The notes below the pieces were generated by a model. It saw nothing but the letters and a program-made list of their open reading frames with translations, was not told the DNA's origin and made no database searches. A program made the position numbers and the translations under genes. A DNA stretch of 64,000 bases from the NCBI RefSeq assembly GCF_009914755.1, contig NC_060925.1. The stretch is one strand, 5' to 3'. The stretch's first letter is position 1. Every line of letters begins with the position of its first letter. Below, piece by piece: positions 38,306 through 49,899 of this stretch. This DNA is from the human T2T-CHM13v2.0 reference genome, Homo sapiens.

Positions 38306-38542
38306 GGAAAGCCTAAGAAATCATTGCATCCAAGAGGTGCTAAAGGAGACTATGATATTCTGATACTGTCCTTGAACAGAAAAAGGACATTGGGTAAAAA
38401 CTAAAGAAACCTGAATAAATTATGGCCTTTAGTTAATAATAATGTATCACTATTGTTTCATCAATTGTAATAAATGTACCACACTAATGTAAGATGTTAA
38501 TAATATGGAAAATTGCATCCGGAGTATACGGGAACTCTCTGC
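38305..38542 (+). mobile_element. L1MC/L1MD-class 3' UTR fragment
   Basis: gaacagaaaaaggacattgggtaaaaactaaagaaacctgaataaa...ctaatgtaagatgttaataat...gggaactctctg. Confidence 0.8.
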
Positions 38543-39019
38543 CTTAACCCAGGTCCTTTTGCCAGGCAATACCAGAGATAGGAATTCCTTTTCCTGTGTA
38601 TGAGATACATGAGCACATTGAAAGCTCTTGCAATAAAATGAAAAAAAAAAAAAAAAAAACTCGGGGAGTATGCTCTTGACAATGAAAAAATAAACTATGG
38701 GCTTTAACACTATTAGCAGAAAAAATGAGACTTGAATTCCAGTGAAGGGTTCCTGAGGTTTCATCAACTGTTTTATTTTATGTTGGAGAGAAAGAGAGAG
38801 AAGGAAAGCAGCTGAGTTTATTTTCATGGGAAGCCAGGGGAGTCACAAGGGTACGTGGGCCAGATGTGTTTACAGGTGAAGCCAGCTGTGTGAGAAACAA
38901 GTCCACAAGTAGATTTTGTACTGACTCTAATAAGAAAATGCTTCAAGAAAAATAATTAAGAATTATGGGCTGATTAAAATTTTGGCCATCAAAAAGAATC
39001 AATGAACGCACATTCAGGC

Positions 39020-39400
39020 CTCCAGCCTTGCATCCATTGTCACCCTGCTTGTATCCAGATCTTCCTAAGCAACTCCTACTCATGCTGGAAGATTCTGCTC
39101 AAATGTCACCTCCCCTGAAAATCTATCCCCAAGCTGACTTATATGCTCTGCCTCTTAAAATTTCACAGCTTCTAATACCCATTTCTATTATAACTAATCA
39201 CATTCCATTTAATTTTTTATTTTCGTCTTTGTTATTAAAGTCTGTTTCCTCATCACCACCTACACACCCCACACCCCACCATTCCTAAACCTTAGGGCAG
39301 AGATTTTGTTTGAATCAGAAACAAAAATTGTGCCTCTAGCACCTTGCATAGTCCCTGGCATTAAATACTGGGAAGCAGATAGTATGAATAAATGAAAGAA
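39020..39400 (+). mobile_element. L2 3' end
   Basis: tgctcaaatgtcacctcccctgaaa...cctctagcaccttgcatagtccctggca...tgaataaatgaa. Confidence 0.65.
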
Positions 39401-40195
39401 AGAAGGAAGAAAGGAAGAGAGAAAGGAGAATGTGGGGGAAGGAGAGAGAGAGACCAAAAGGAAGCAAACCTACTAAAGGATTCCCTTTCTTCCAGTTTCA
39501 AATACGTTGTTCCTTTTTGCCATCTGAGCTCTCATATCCTTTTAAGTCCTAAAGGAAGCAAATCTACTGAAGCTCAATAAACCCTGTGTTGTTCTTAGTT
39601 TTGTTCCATGATCTGCAAGAGCCTAACAAATTAGTTTTTTTGAAACATGCTACTCTCAGCTCTGTTTATTTCAGCCAACCTATTCACATATTGCAGGGCC
39701 TATTTCCAGTGAGACTCTTCTCATGTCCTCTTACTTCCCTTAAGCTCCCTAATGCATGGCAGCCCCCCAATGGTTACTTGAGTAATGCAAGCTTATGATT
39801 TATATTCCAGCTACCTTCTGGAAGGGGCTGTGGTCCAGCTGCACATTTGTATATTCATTGAGCTGTACTCCCAAGTCCACAGCCTCCTGACAGCTGCAGA
39901 TGGCAAAGCCATTTTTCATAAGGTGCATGCGAGGAGAAGAGAGACAGGCTTAAACATCACCTGGAGGAGACAACAGCTTTGGAGCAACCAAGAGAGTGAG
40001 GATTAATAGAGAATTAAAAACTGAATAGGAAGCAGATAGTATCTTCTCATTCTATTGACATCCATTTAAAGCTACACTACAGTTTCACCATTATCAATAA
40101 CCATTATACTATTACACACTGTTCAGAGTATTCTAAGTACCCTGGAACTTTATCCAGGAGCTTACAAGCACTGGCATTGAACTTTAGCTCTCTTT

Positions 40196-40205
40196 TCTCT
40201 CTCTG

Positions 40206-40243
<38 letters not shown>
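40196..40243. repeat. Compound (CT)n(CA)n microsatellite
   Basis: Direct reading. Confidence 0.9.
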
Positions 40244-40329
40244 CTACCTTTCAAGTATGATCTTGCTGATCATAAGCTCAGGAGTGAATAGTTCAAGAAC
40301 AAAAAATAACAAGAAGTTGAAATGGCTGA

Positions 40330-41819
40330 TGGGTGGCCGCATATGTCTTCTTTTGAGAAGTGTCTGTTCATATCCTTAGCCCAGTTTTTGATGGGGTTGT
40401 TTTTTCTTGTAAATTTGTTTAAGTTCCTTGTAGATTCTGGATATTAGGTCTTCGTCAGATGGATAGATTGCAAAAATTTTCTCCCATTCTGTAGGTTTCC
40501 TGTTCAATTTGATGATAGTGTCTTTTGCTGTGCAGAAGCTCTTTAGTTTAATTAGATTCCATTTGTCAATTTTGGCTTTTGTTGCAATTGCTTTTGGCAT
40601 TTTAGTCATAAAGTCTTAGCCCATGCCTATGTGCTGAATGGTATTACCTAGGTTTTCTTCTAGGGTTTTTATGGTTTTAGGTTTTACATTTAAGTCTTTA
40701 ATCCATCTTAAATTAATTTTTGTATCAGGTATAAGGAAGAGGTTCAGTTTCAGTTTTTTGCATATGGCTAGCCAGTTTTCCCAGCACCATTTATTAAATA
40801 GGGAATCCTTTCCCCATTGCTTGTTTTTGTCAGGTTTGTCAAAGATCACATGGTTGTAGATGTGCGGTGTTATTTCTGAGGTCTCTGTTCTGTTCCATTG
40901 GTCTATAAATCTGTTTTGGTAGCAGTACCATGCTGTTTTTGGTTACTGTAACCTTGTAGTATGGTTTGAAGTCAGGTAGCGTGATGCCTCCAGCTTTGTT
41001 CTTTTTGTTTAGGATTGTCTTGGCTATACATATAAAAAAACTCATCATCATTTGTCATTAGACTAATGCAAATCAAAACCACAATGAGATACCGTCTCAC
41101 ACCAGTTAGAATGGCAATTATTAAAAAGTCAGGAAACAACAGATGCTGGTAAGGCTGTGAAGAAATAGGACTGCTTTTACACTGTTGATGGGAGTGTAAG
41201 TTACTTCAACCATTGTGGAAGACAGTGTGGTGATTCCTCAAGGATCTAGAACCAGAAATACCATTTGACCGAGCAATCCCATTACTGGATATATACCCAA
41301 AAGATTATAAATCATTCTGCTATAGAAACATGCACATGTATGTTTATTGCAGCGCTATTTACAATAGCAAAGACTTGGAACCAACCCAAATGCCCATCAA
41401 TGATAGACTGGATAAAGAAAATGTGGCACATATACACCATAGAATACTACGCAGCCGCAAAAAAGAATGAGTTCACGTCCTTTGCAGGGACATGGATGAA
41501 GCTGGAAACCATCATTCTCAGCAAACTAACACAGGAGCAGAAAACCAAACACCGCATGTTCTCATTCATAAGTGGAAGTTGAACAATGAGAACACAGGGA
41601 CACAGGGAGGGGAACATCACACACCAGGGCCTGTCATGGGGTTGGGGGCAAGGGGAGGGAGAGCATTAGGACAAACATCTAATGCATGCAGGGCTTAAAA
41701 CCTAGATGACGAGTTGATAGGTGCAGCAAACCACCATGGCACATGCATACCTATGTAACAAACCTGCACGTTCTGCACATGTATCCCAGAACTTGAAGTA
41801 AAATAAAATAAATAAAAAA
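40330..41819 (+). mobile_element. 5'-inverted, truncated L1PA (L1PA7-like): 40330-~41029 antisense, ~41030-41819 sense
   Basis: ORF2 peptides on - (40376-41051) then on + (41265-41582). 11-bp TSD gaaatggctga at 40319-40329 and 41820-41830. 3' UTR ggagagcattaggacaaa...cttaaaacctagatgacg. Confidence 0.96.
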
Positions 41820-43939
41820 GAAATGGCTGAAGGTATATAGGAAGCACGTTTAAAAAAGAAAAGGGTTAGAAACCTAGTATTCTTGCCAAGAGTTAAGTTT
41901 ACTCAGGAAGAATTACCAATGGGTCTCGGCTTTCATCTCATAACAGCAGCAGTAGTTGACTCATCAAAAACAAAACGTGGCCAGCAGAAGAGGGAATCAG
42001 TGAATCTACAGCAACATTTCTCCCAACCTGAATCAAGAGGTATATTTTTACTGATAAGTGATCTTTCTTAAGAAAGAAACTGATGGGCCACCTCTACCTC
42101 GGTGGTTCTCTCTTGTCACCCTATAGTTTGTACTCCACATTTTGGCCCCTGCAATAGGACTCACTTGTGCTATTTTCTGTCTTCCCTTCATACATCTGAT
42201 CTCTGGAATTATACTCTTTTAGGACCAAAACTGTTTCATTTTTTAAATCCAGTATTATTCAAAGTGACAGTGGGCAGGAACTTGAACCTCATCAAATAAC
42301 TTTCTTTCTCATAAAATATTCGGGTAATAATAAACACACTTTGTTTTCTTCATAATGAAGAATATCATCATTATATTTTAAAGTGAATTTTCTTTTGGTT
42401 CATTACTTTAAACTGGATTGGGTATCTTTCAATTTTAATGTAATTCCTACTGACAAATTGGCTTAAATCCTGGGATCTGCAACTTTTTCTTACCTCATTT
42501 TTCCCTCCTTCCTTATCTTCTTATCTCTTGTACTCATAAATTAGACTGCTCCAGCAGATTGAAGGAGATTTGCTATTCCAGATACTACTGAGATAGAACA
42601 CATTTATTTTATTTAACTATAGGAGAAATAGAGACGGAATATGAGAGAAGCTACATTATCTGGAGTAATGCTGGAGGACCAGGCTTTTTTCCAGACCTGG
42701 TCAGGACTTCATTCACGAGGGCTGGTAATGGTGCCACACAGGCCGCTGTATCTTTTGTGCTACAAAGCCACATTATAAAAAGCCATCGACCCAGTACAGG
42801 AAGACTCCACTGTTGAACGCAGGTTGAGATATTTGATTACAGTAATATATATACAAAAAATGTATTTAATAAGATATTCCAATAAAATGAATCTTAATGA
42901 GGCAGGAAAAAAGCTTTCTTCTATCAGAGGAGAAATTTAGAGATTGAAAATAAAGTACTTGGGAGTGGCATTTTGATCACATATGACTCAGGTACCATTT
43001 TCCACCAATGTGATGGCCCTTTGGAAAGAAAGTTTCAAAAAGGAGCCAAATGCCCCTTACAAAATACTATCAAGCTTTTTGTTTTTCAAGACATAAGATT
43101 AAAGCCATTTCAATGAGAGGAATATGCTTTCTTTTTTCAGGGACTAAACTGATTTCTTCAACTCTCTGTACCAAGAAATGTTTGTGTTTAGGTAACTCGG
43201 AAAGAAACTGATCTCAGTCCTCAGTAGTGGAGAGATAGAACTGGAATTGAAGCTTCATCTATCTTTCTCACCATCACCCCATTCAAAGAACCAACCTGTT
43301 CCTCTTTACAGGCAACAAATCCCAAGGCAGAGGGAAGGATCTACTTTTTTTAACCCACCTGAAATCTAGAATGCCAATGTTTCCAAAACACAAGTAGACA
43401 TACAGGCTTCAGATTATTTTCTCATGGGTTTCCTGAAAGAGCAGATTGGAAACCCCGTATCTGAGGAGAAAGCCCTAACAGTGGTGTATAAAGAGGACAA
43501 TAGAGAATTGAAGAAATAGAGAGGGATCCAAAGAGGAGGTGTGTTCATGTGGATCTCCCTCCAAAGAATGCCTAAACTATGAGGCAGAGTTCCCCTACCG
43601 CTTATGTGGTATAAGAGAATGGCTTTGTGAGGCTGAGTCCCAATTCTCCATCCTCTTACTCTGGACTACCTCAGAATGCCTCCTCATCCCTCAAGCAAAA
43701 AGTTGCCTAAACTTCCATCAGAGTTCTAGTGTATGCAATGTGGAGAAGGCAGAACCACCATATTTAGGAATGGGGCAGGACCCTAATCACAATGGGCACT
43801 CTGGCAGACATGGGACTGATGAGGGAGCATGGGGATTGTCAGCGGCCTCTTCCTGTGAATCACAAGGTGGTAAGGACTACAGACTACCTGCGGAAGACTT
43901 TACATGCATAACATCTACCATAAAGCCAATGAGGTATTT

Positions 43940-44150
43940 TAGATCAACCACTATCCTTGCCCTTGTTTAATCCAGCCTAGACACTGACACCAGGGAGATT
44001 TTTCTACTATACACATCTGATCATGTCACTCTCCTGCTCAAGATTATCCTCTGACTCCTCATTTCCCTAAGAAAATAGTCTAAATTCCTTAAAATATCCT
44101 GGAAAACCTCATTATTTGGCTATAGCCAAGTTCCCTTGCTATACTCAATG
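43940..44150 (+). mobile_element. L2 fragment
   Basis: catctgatcatgtcactctcctgctcaaga...gtctaaattcctta. Confidence 0.65.
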
Positions 44151-45504
44151 CATATTTGGTTAATTATATTAAATGACTTGGCAAGGTCACACCATTGGCA
44201 AATGGGACAAGGGATCCAAAGTCCTTGGATTCCATGTTCAGTGCTTCCTTCATTGCTCTAGCTCACCCATGCCATCATATTAGGAGAAACCTAATGGTCA
44301 CAAGAATCTAAAAGCAATGAACAGCACAGTGTTCTTAGTCATTTTCACATACTGAGGTATCGTCTCATCTCTGCTTGCTTCAATTTAATGTTTTTGTGGC
44401 AAGCTAATGAAAGTCACCATCACCAGTTGAAAGTTGGTCAATTAGACAGAGGTAGCTTCAAGATCCCTATGAGTTCCTCGAGGAAGAAGCTAGTTCCAGG
44501 GTGATTAAGTATTAATTAGAACTGCTGCAAAGAAAGGAATATTAAACGGCTACCCTAGAAGGGTCAATTTTGTCTGCAACCAATTTCTGCACAGCACAAA
44601 TTTTGCCTAACTTGGGCTCTTTTCAAGTTTTTTTATTTCTAAGTAAGGTATTTTAAAGCCTTGTTTGTTGTTTACCTGTCTAGGTGAGTGAGAGAATATA
44701 ATCTATTTAGATGTGCCCAGCACATAAATTATTGAATCACTTTCTTGCCCTAATTAAATTAAAATTGAAATTTTCTACTGACCTTTAAATATAAAGAAGA
44801 GAGGAGAAGTTGAAAGAATCTACGAGACACAACTAATTTCAACCAACATCCCAGGACAGGGTAGACCTAGAAAACTCTTCCCATTTTTTTTTTTCTGATT
44901 TCCAGTTTATTTCACAGAACTCTTGGACTTATTCCCATGCCATTCACTGTCAGGGAACCTGCTTTAGTGAAAAGAGAAGGAACTGCATATAGCAGACCCA
45001 CAGAAGCTCAGCATCTCATTCTCAGGACTTGCTGGGACTGTTTTCAGCTCTTTGACCCAAGACAAGGAGAAAGGAGTGTCTGCATGCTCCCTGGAGGTGT
45101 GATAATGCAGTTATAAGTCAGCAGGAGTTGCAGATTGCTGCTGTGAAGGTTTTTGTGAAAGAGCCTGGAGGTGTCTGCTGCATGTCTCACTAGTTTTCTC
45201 TCTCTTAAAGAAGTTGGCATAAAGTCATTCAATTACTGAGTGTTAAGTGGACACCTAATTATGTCAAGTCAGTGAACTCCAGGCTCCCAGAAGCTGTTAG
45301 ATTTTCTAGTTCTAGTTTTTAATCCCTCCTTATAACATTCATTTTGCCTTTCTCTCGTTACCCTGAACAATGTGAATCTTTTAGGCTGCCTTTTTAAGAA
45401 CAGGAAAAAATAGAAACTCAATGGAATGATATAATGTTAAATGTTATATGATATAATGAAAATATTCTTCAAAGTTTTCAAAAATTAATTTTTCAAAGGC
45501 TACA

Positions 45505-47115
45505 ATATGTGACACAGTGGAAGAGTGAGAGAGCTCTGGAATATAAAATATCCAGGCTCAAACTCCATCTTTACCGTTTGCCAGCCATGTGTCTTAAACA
45601 AATTACTCAACTTCTCTGAGCCTTAGTTTCTGGAAGATGGATCTCAAAAAATGGGAAGGTTTATCTTTTCTGTCTTTCCAATAAATTTGGAATTCCTAAA
45701 GGCTCATTGCTAAGCCTTCTTTTCTTATTTATATTTTCTTCTTTGATTATCTGAACCATACCTATGGCTTTAATTCCCATTTTCCACAGGTGCCTCATAA
45801 ATTTCTGTCTTTGACAGAGATCTCTCCTCTGATTTGCTGGTATATAGCTGATAACTCCACTTGGATGCCACAGATGAAACCCTAATTCAGTGTCTCCACT
45901 AGGCAACATAGTCCTATTCCACCATTCTCTATGTTAGGGAATCGCTTCACCATTTATATCATTCCACAAGTCAAAAACTTTGGCATTATCATTGATTACT
46001 TTCTCACCTCATCTCCAACACTCAATCCATCAGCAACTTCTACCCAATTTACCTCCTAACATTTATTGAACAGGTACTATTTTCTCCATTTCCTTGGATG
46101 CTACACTGTGACAAACTACCATCATTTCTAACCACAGTATTCTCCTAACAGGTCTCCATATTCATAATTGATACCTTTCTCCAATCCATTTCCTTTCTAA
46201 CATCCAAAGTGATCTTGACAAACAAAAATGTAATCCTGTTATGGGCATCCTGTTATGGGCACAGTTAAGTGACTATTCATTACTCTCATGTTGAAGATGA
46301 GTATACCTTCTAAGACCCACAAGTTCTGATCTCTGCTTATTTCTCAGGCTTTAGTTTATACTTTCCTCTCCATGACTCTGACCTCTAGTTTCAATGGACA
46401 TTTTATAGTTTTTAAGTGGGTCCCGATTCTTCCTGCCGCTGGGCCTTTCCACACACAGTTCTCTGGAGCACCACTTTCTCAATTCTACTGAATATAAGCA
46501 CACATTTTCACATAATCACAGTTAGCTTCTCTCTCTGTCATATGATAACTGCTAATATCATTTCCTTGAGGAAGCCTCCTCTGAACCAAAGATGCTGTGT
46601 ACATTTGTGCAGGTTATACCCTACACAAGATCATCTGGCTGAGGGTAAAATGATGGGTAGAATCTAGTCACACTCCACTCACCAATTCCTATATCCTAAC
46701 ACAGAAGTGCACATCCTAAGACATCTTTTACCTAATTTTCTCAAAAGCATGGTGTGGGCTAGTTGGCAGCTATGCCCAACATTCAGAAACTTGATGAAAG
46801 CTCTGTATTTCTTGCTACCATACACCATATATTCTCATTCATAATACCACAACAGCAATTTTACATTTTTTATTTAGATTATGTATTTGATCTCTCTCTC
46901 TCCTAGTAGACTGTAAGCTCCCAGGTACTATATCTGACTTGGTCACCATGTTATCCATTGTCTAACATAAACTTTGACATCTGGTAGGTACTCAATAAAT
47001 AGCTGTGGAATAAATGAAAAATGAATGACTATTGTTATGAGGATAAATTTTTGTTTGTGAAAACAGCATGTAATTGCCTAAAACCTAGCAAATATCCAAC
47101 AATACATGTTAGTTT
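45505..47115 (+). mobile_element. MIR split by a ~1.4-kb L2 (L2 ~45661-47030)
   Basis: MIR head and core (ttactcaacttctctgagccttagtttc). Then L2 ORF2/3' UTR to tagactgtaagctcc...gtaggtactcaataaat...gaataaatgaa. Then MIR tail (ttgttatgaggataaat). Confidence 0.75.
46233..46261. repeat. 14-bp exact tandem duplication
   Basis: (atcctgttatgggc)x2. Confidence 0.95.
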
Positions 47116-47499
47116 GAAAATGAAAATGAATTATCTGACACTCAAATATTAAGTGACTCATTCAGCGCCTCAGCAATATTAAGTGAGTGGTATGAGGAAA
47201 AGCCTCTCAGGTAATCATTTCATGTATGGAGAAGCTTGGGAAATTAACTTCTCTCCATATAGAGGGATTTAACACATCTACTTGGAACATGAGGACCCAT
47301 ACGTAACGTTCTTCCCCAGTATTATATTCAAGGCAACATATTGGGAAAAGTGGTCTTCAAAGGTTGCCTGCTTGCCCATTACTTTTCAAAAAATGGTTAG
47401 GAAAAACTAGACATTTTGTTGGCACCACTCAGAAAAATTGAACTGACGGCAGAAGTCAATAAGACCTCAGTCACTGTCTCAGATAAAAATCATTAGGAT

Positions 47500-47735
47500 C
47501 ATCATAGCTTGCATGTATTGAGTACTTTTGGGACAGGCATTATGACAAGTGCCTTACATGCATTATTCATTTCATCTACACAGCAATCCTATGATATATT
47601 AAGTTGAGCTACATGAAATTGTCGAGATTTGACCCTTTTTGACCTACAAAAATGACAATTTTATATGTTTTAACCTAATAGATACTGTGACACCACCACC
47701 CCATTTCAAGGATGATGAATTGAGGTTCCAAAAGC
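47500..47735 (-). mobile_element. MIR carrying a MADE2 insertion
   Basis: tattgagtact...caggcattatgacaagtgccttacatgcatt...acagcaatcctatga [MADE2] ...ccccatttcaaggatgatgaattgagg. Confidence 0.7.
47597..47680 (+). mobile_element. MADE2 mariner MITE
   Basis: tattaagttgagctacatgaaattg...tttttgacctacaaaaatgacaattttatatgttttaacctaata follows the MADE2 consensus, with TA ends. Confidence 0.85.
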
Positions 47736-48299
47736 TAGGATTAGGGTCTAGAAAGCCTAATTCCAGAATCATGGGCAGAAACTGGAAACTGATTTGTGTC
47801 CTGACAATGGACAAAGGTTATTTTAAACTTTATCACTGCTCTCTAATTACTATTTTAGTTCCCCCAATTGTCTTTATGCCAATTCATGGCAAAACTCTAT
47901 GCAATGAAATAGGCTTGCCTGCTTGTCTCTGTGGGAAGACGATGCCCCATTTCCTATCCAGATCTAGAGAGAGAAGTATTTCCAAGGGCGAAGTGAACAG
48001 CACCCATGCTAAAGATGAAAGGGTTGCAAACATTCTCCAAGCCCTACGGGAAGGAAATGGGAGGTTAAAGGGCCCTTGCCTGGGCCTGCATAAAAGTAGA
48101 AAGGCCTCAGAACGACTTATGACAAAGACCAAAACCCACATCACCAGCAATCATGCCCTTCCCATAGCATCAGTGACTGGGAACATTAAGTCCTACTGAA
48201 GTCTTTTGCTTGGTCCAAACATTATCACCAGAAACACAGAATTCGCAGGAACCTATGGATCATGTCATTCAGACATTTCTTTGTAAAGATAAGAGTACT

Positions 48300-48740
48300 A
48301 ATTAAATAAACATTTACTGAGCACCTACCACAAGCCAGGTGCTGCCACTAGTTATTGGTCACAAAGGCGTGAACCAGAGATACAGCCCCTACCTTCATGG
48401 GGTTTACAAATTGAGCAGGAAGACATGAGTCACCCTTCATTGCAGCACGATGAGAGCTAAAAGCTCAGCATGCCATTACAAGTATGCTCTGGTATGAGAA
48501 TTTCCTGAGGAAATTACTCTACGACCTGAAGGATTTTAACAAACTAGGCAAGCAAAGAATGGCTGGCCACTAAAGCAAAGTCATCAGCTCTGTGATGCAG
48601 GCAACTTACAAGCCTCCCTTTGCCTCATCAGAAATAAGGATAATGTTATTTAATTCATGGGATTCTGGTGAGTATTAAATGGACCAGTATATGTAAAATA
48701 CTTAGTATGTAATAACTGCTCAATAAGTAAGTATTCTCTT
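48300..48740. mobile_element. L2 3' end (minus, ~48300-48530) followed by MIR (plus, ~48590-48740)
   Basis: aacatttactgagcacctaccacaagccagg; tttgcctcatcagaaataaggataat...gtgagtattaaatg...atgtaaaatacttag. Confidence 0.7.
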
Positions 48741-49319
48741 TCTCCATTTTTTTCTGCTCCAGCACATTTTCTGCTATGTGTCTTTGTCTTTAATCTTAGG
48801 AAAATGAGCCCTTCAGGGTCAGTAATTTCAGTCTGCTTTGATATCTGTTTAACTTGTTGCAATGTTGTTCTCAAGGGCTGAACAACATAATCTGAAAATT
48901 ATGGCCTTCCACATAACTGGGCCAAGAGTTTATGCTGCAGCCAGAGAGTGAGTGCACTCTATTTTCAGCTCAAGCTGTTGTCCATGTTTCCCATGATTAA
49001 AACTATGCATCACTAACTTTAGAAAGCAGAGAGACTCAGATTATTGTGGACATGTCCAGTTTTCAATATCCCTCTAATTGTCTAATAGTCAAATAATTAG
49101 AGAGGCACAGTTTAGGGGAGTCCTTTTCATCAATAGTGTGTTAATTCAGCTGTATGAATGGTGATCTAGCATCCTTTGGGACCACCAGCTTCCTAAGCCA
49201 TTTATTTGCATTTACGGTCTGGGGCAATACTTGGTAGTTTCCACCAGAGAGGTAATAAACTTGACCACCTACTATATGCCTCACATTTCTCTGGTGCTCA
49301 GCAATATTGCAGGGTGGCA

Positions 49320-49880
49320 GCTGAGGTCCTAGAGTGAAGTTAAACTAGAATCAGGGCCAAGCTCTAGGGCTGCCCTTTACTGTCTCTGTGAGTTTAAGTA
49401 ATTACACTTTAAGCACCCATTCACTCATCTGTAAAACTCATAGGTGTTTGGGAGATAACTGATATTCTTTGCTTTGCTCAGTGTCTGGCATATACTATTC
49501 TATTCTATACTATACTATATTATACTATATTATAGGTGTTAGTTATTAATAATATTTTTATTATAATCATAGTCATATTATTATAATAGCTTCTGCCCTT
49601 CAGGAGCTCTCAGCCATGTAATAATATGGTATGAAATAACTGTTATTAATAATCTTATTATAGTATAATTATCATTAATCTTAATTATTATATAATTTTT
49701 ATAAATAAGTTATAATAATATTAATGCTATTACCAAGTAGCTATCAGTGAATGTGTTTTCTATGTACCAGTCACTGTTCTGAACTCATAACATAAATTTT
49801 CTTATTTAATTCTCCCCAAAGTCTTCTAAGTACTACTATTATCCCCACTTTACAGATCAGGACACAAAGGCTCAGAGAGT
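49320..49880. mobile_element. Two MIRs (plus ~49320-49490, minus ~49730-49880) flanking a (TATAC/TATTC)n and AT-rich tract
   Basis: ctcatctgtaaaa core; atccccactttacagatcaggacacaaaggctcagagag; pentamer repeat at 49491-49533. Confidence 0.65.
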
Positions 49881-49899
49881 TTCCAAAACAGACACATAA

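Noticed and set aside
47639-48199. Longest ORF in the track (186 aa)
   Set aside because: TTG start inside MADE2, runs through a MIR, no splice context and no recognisable domain.
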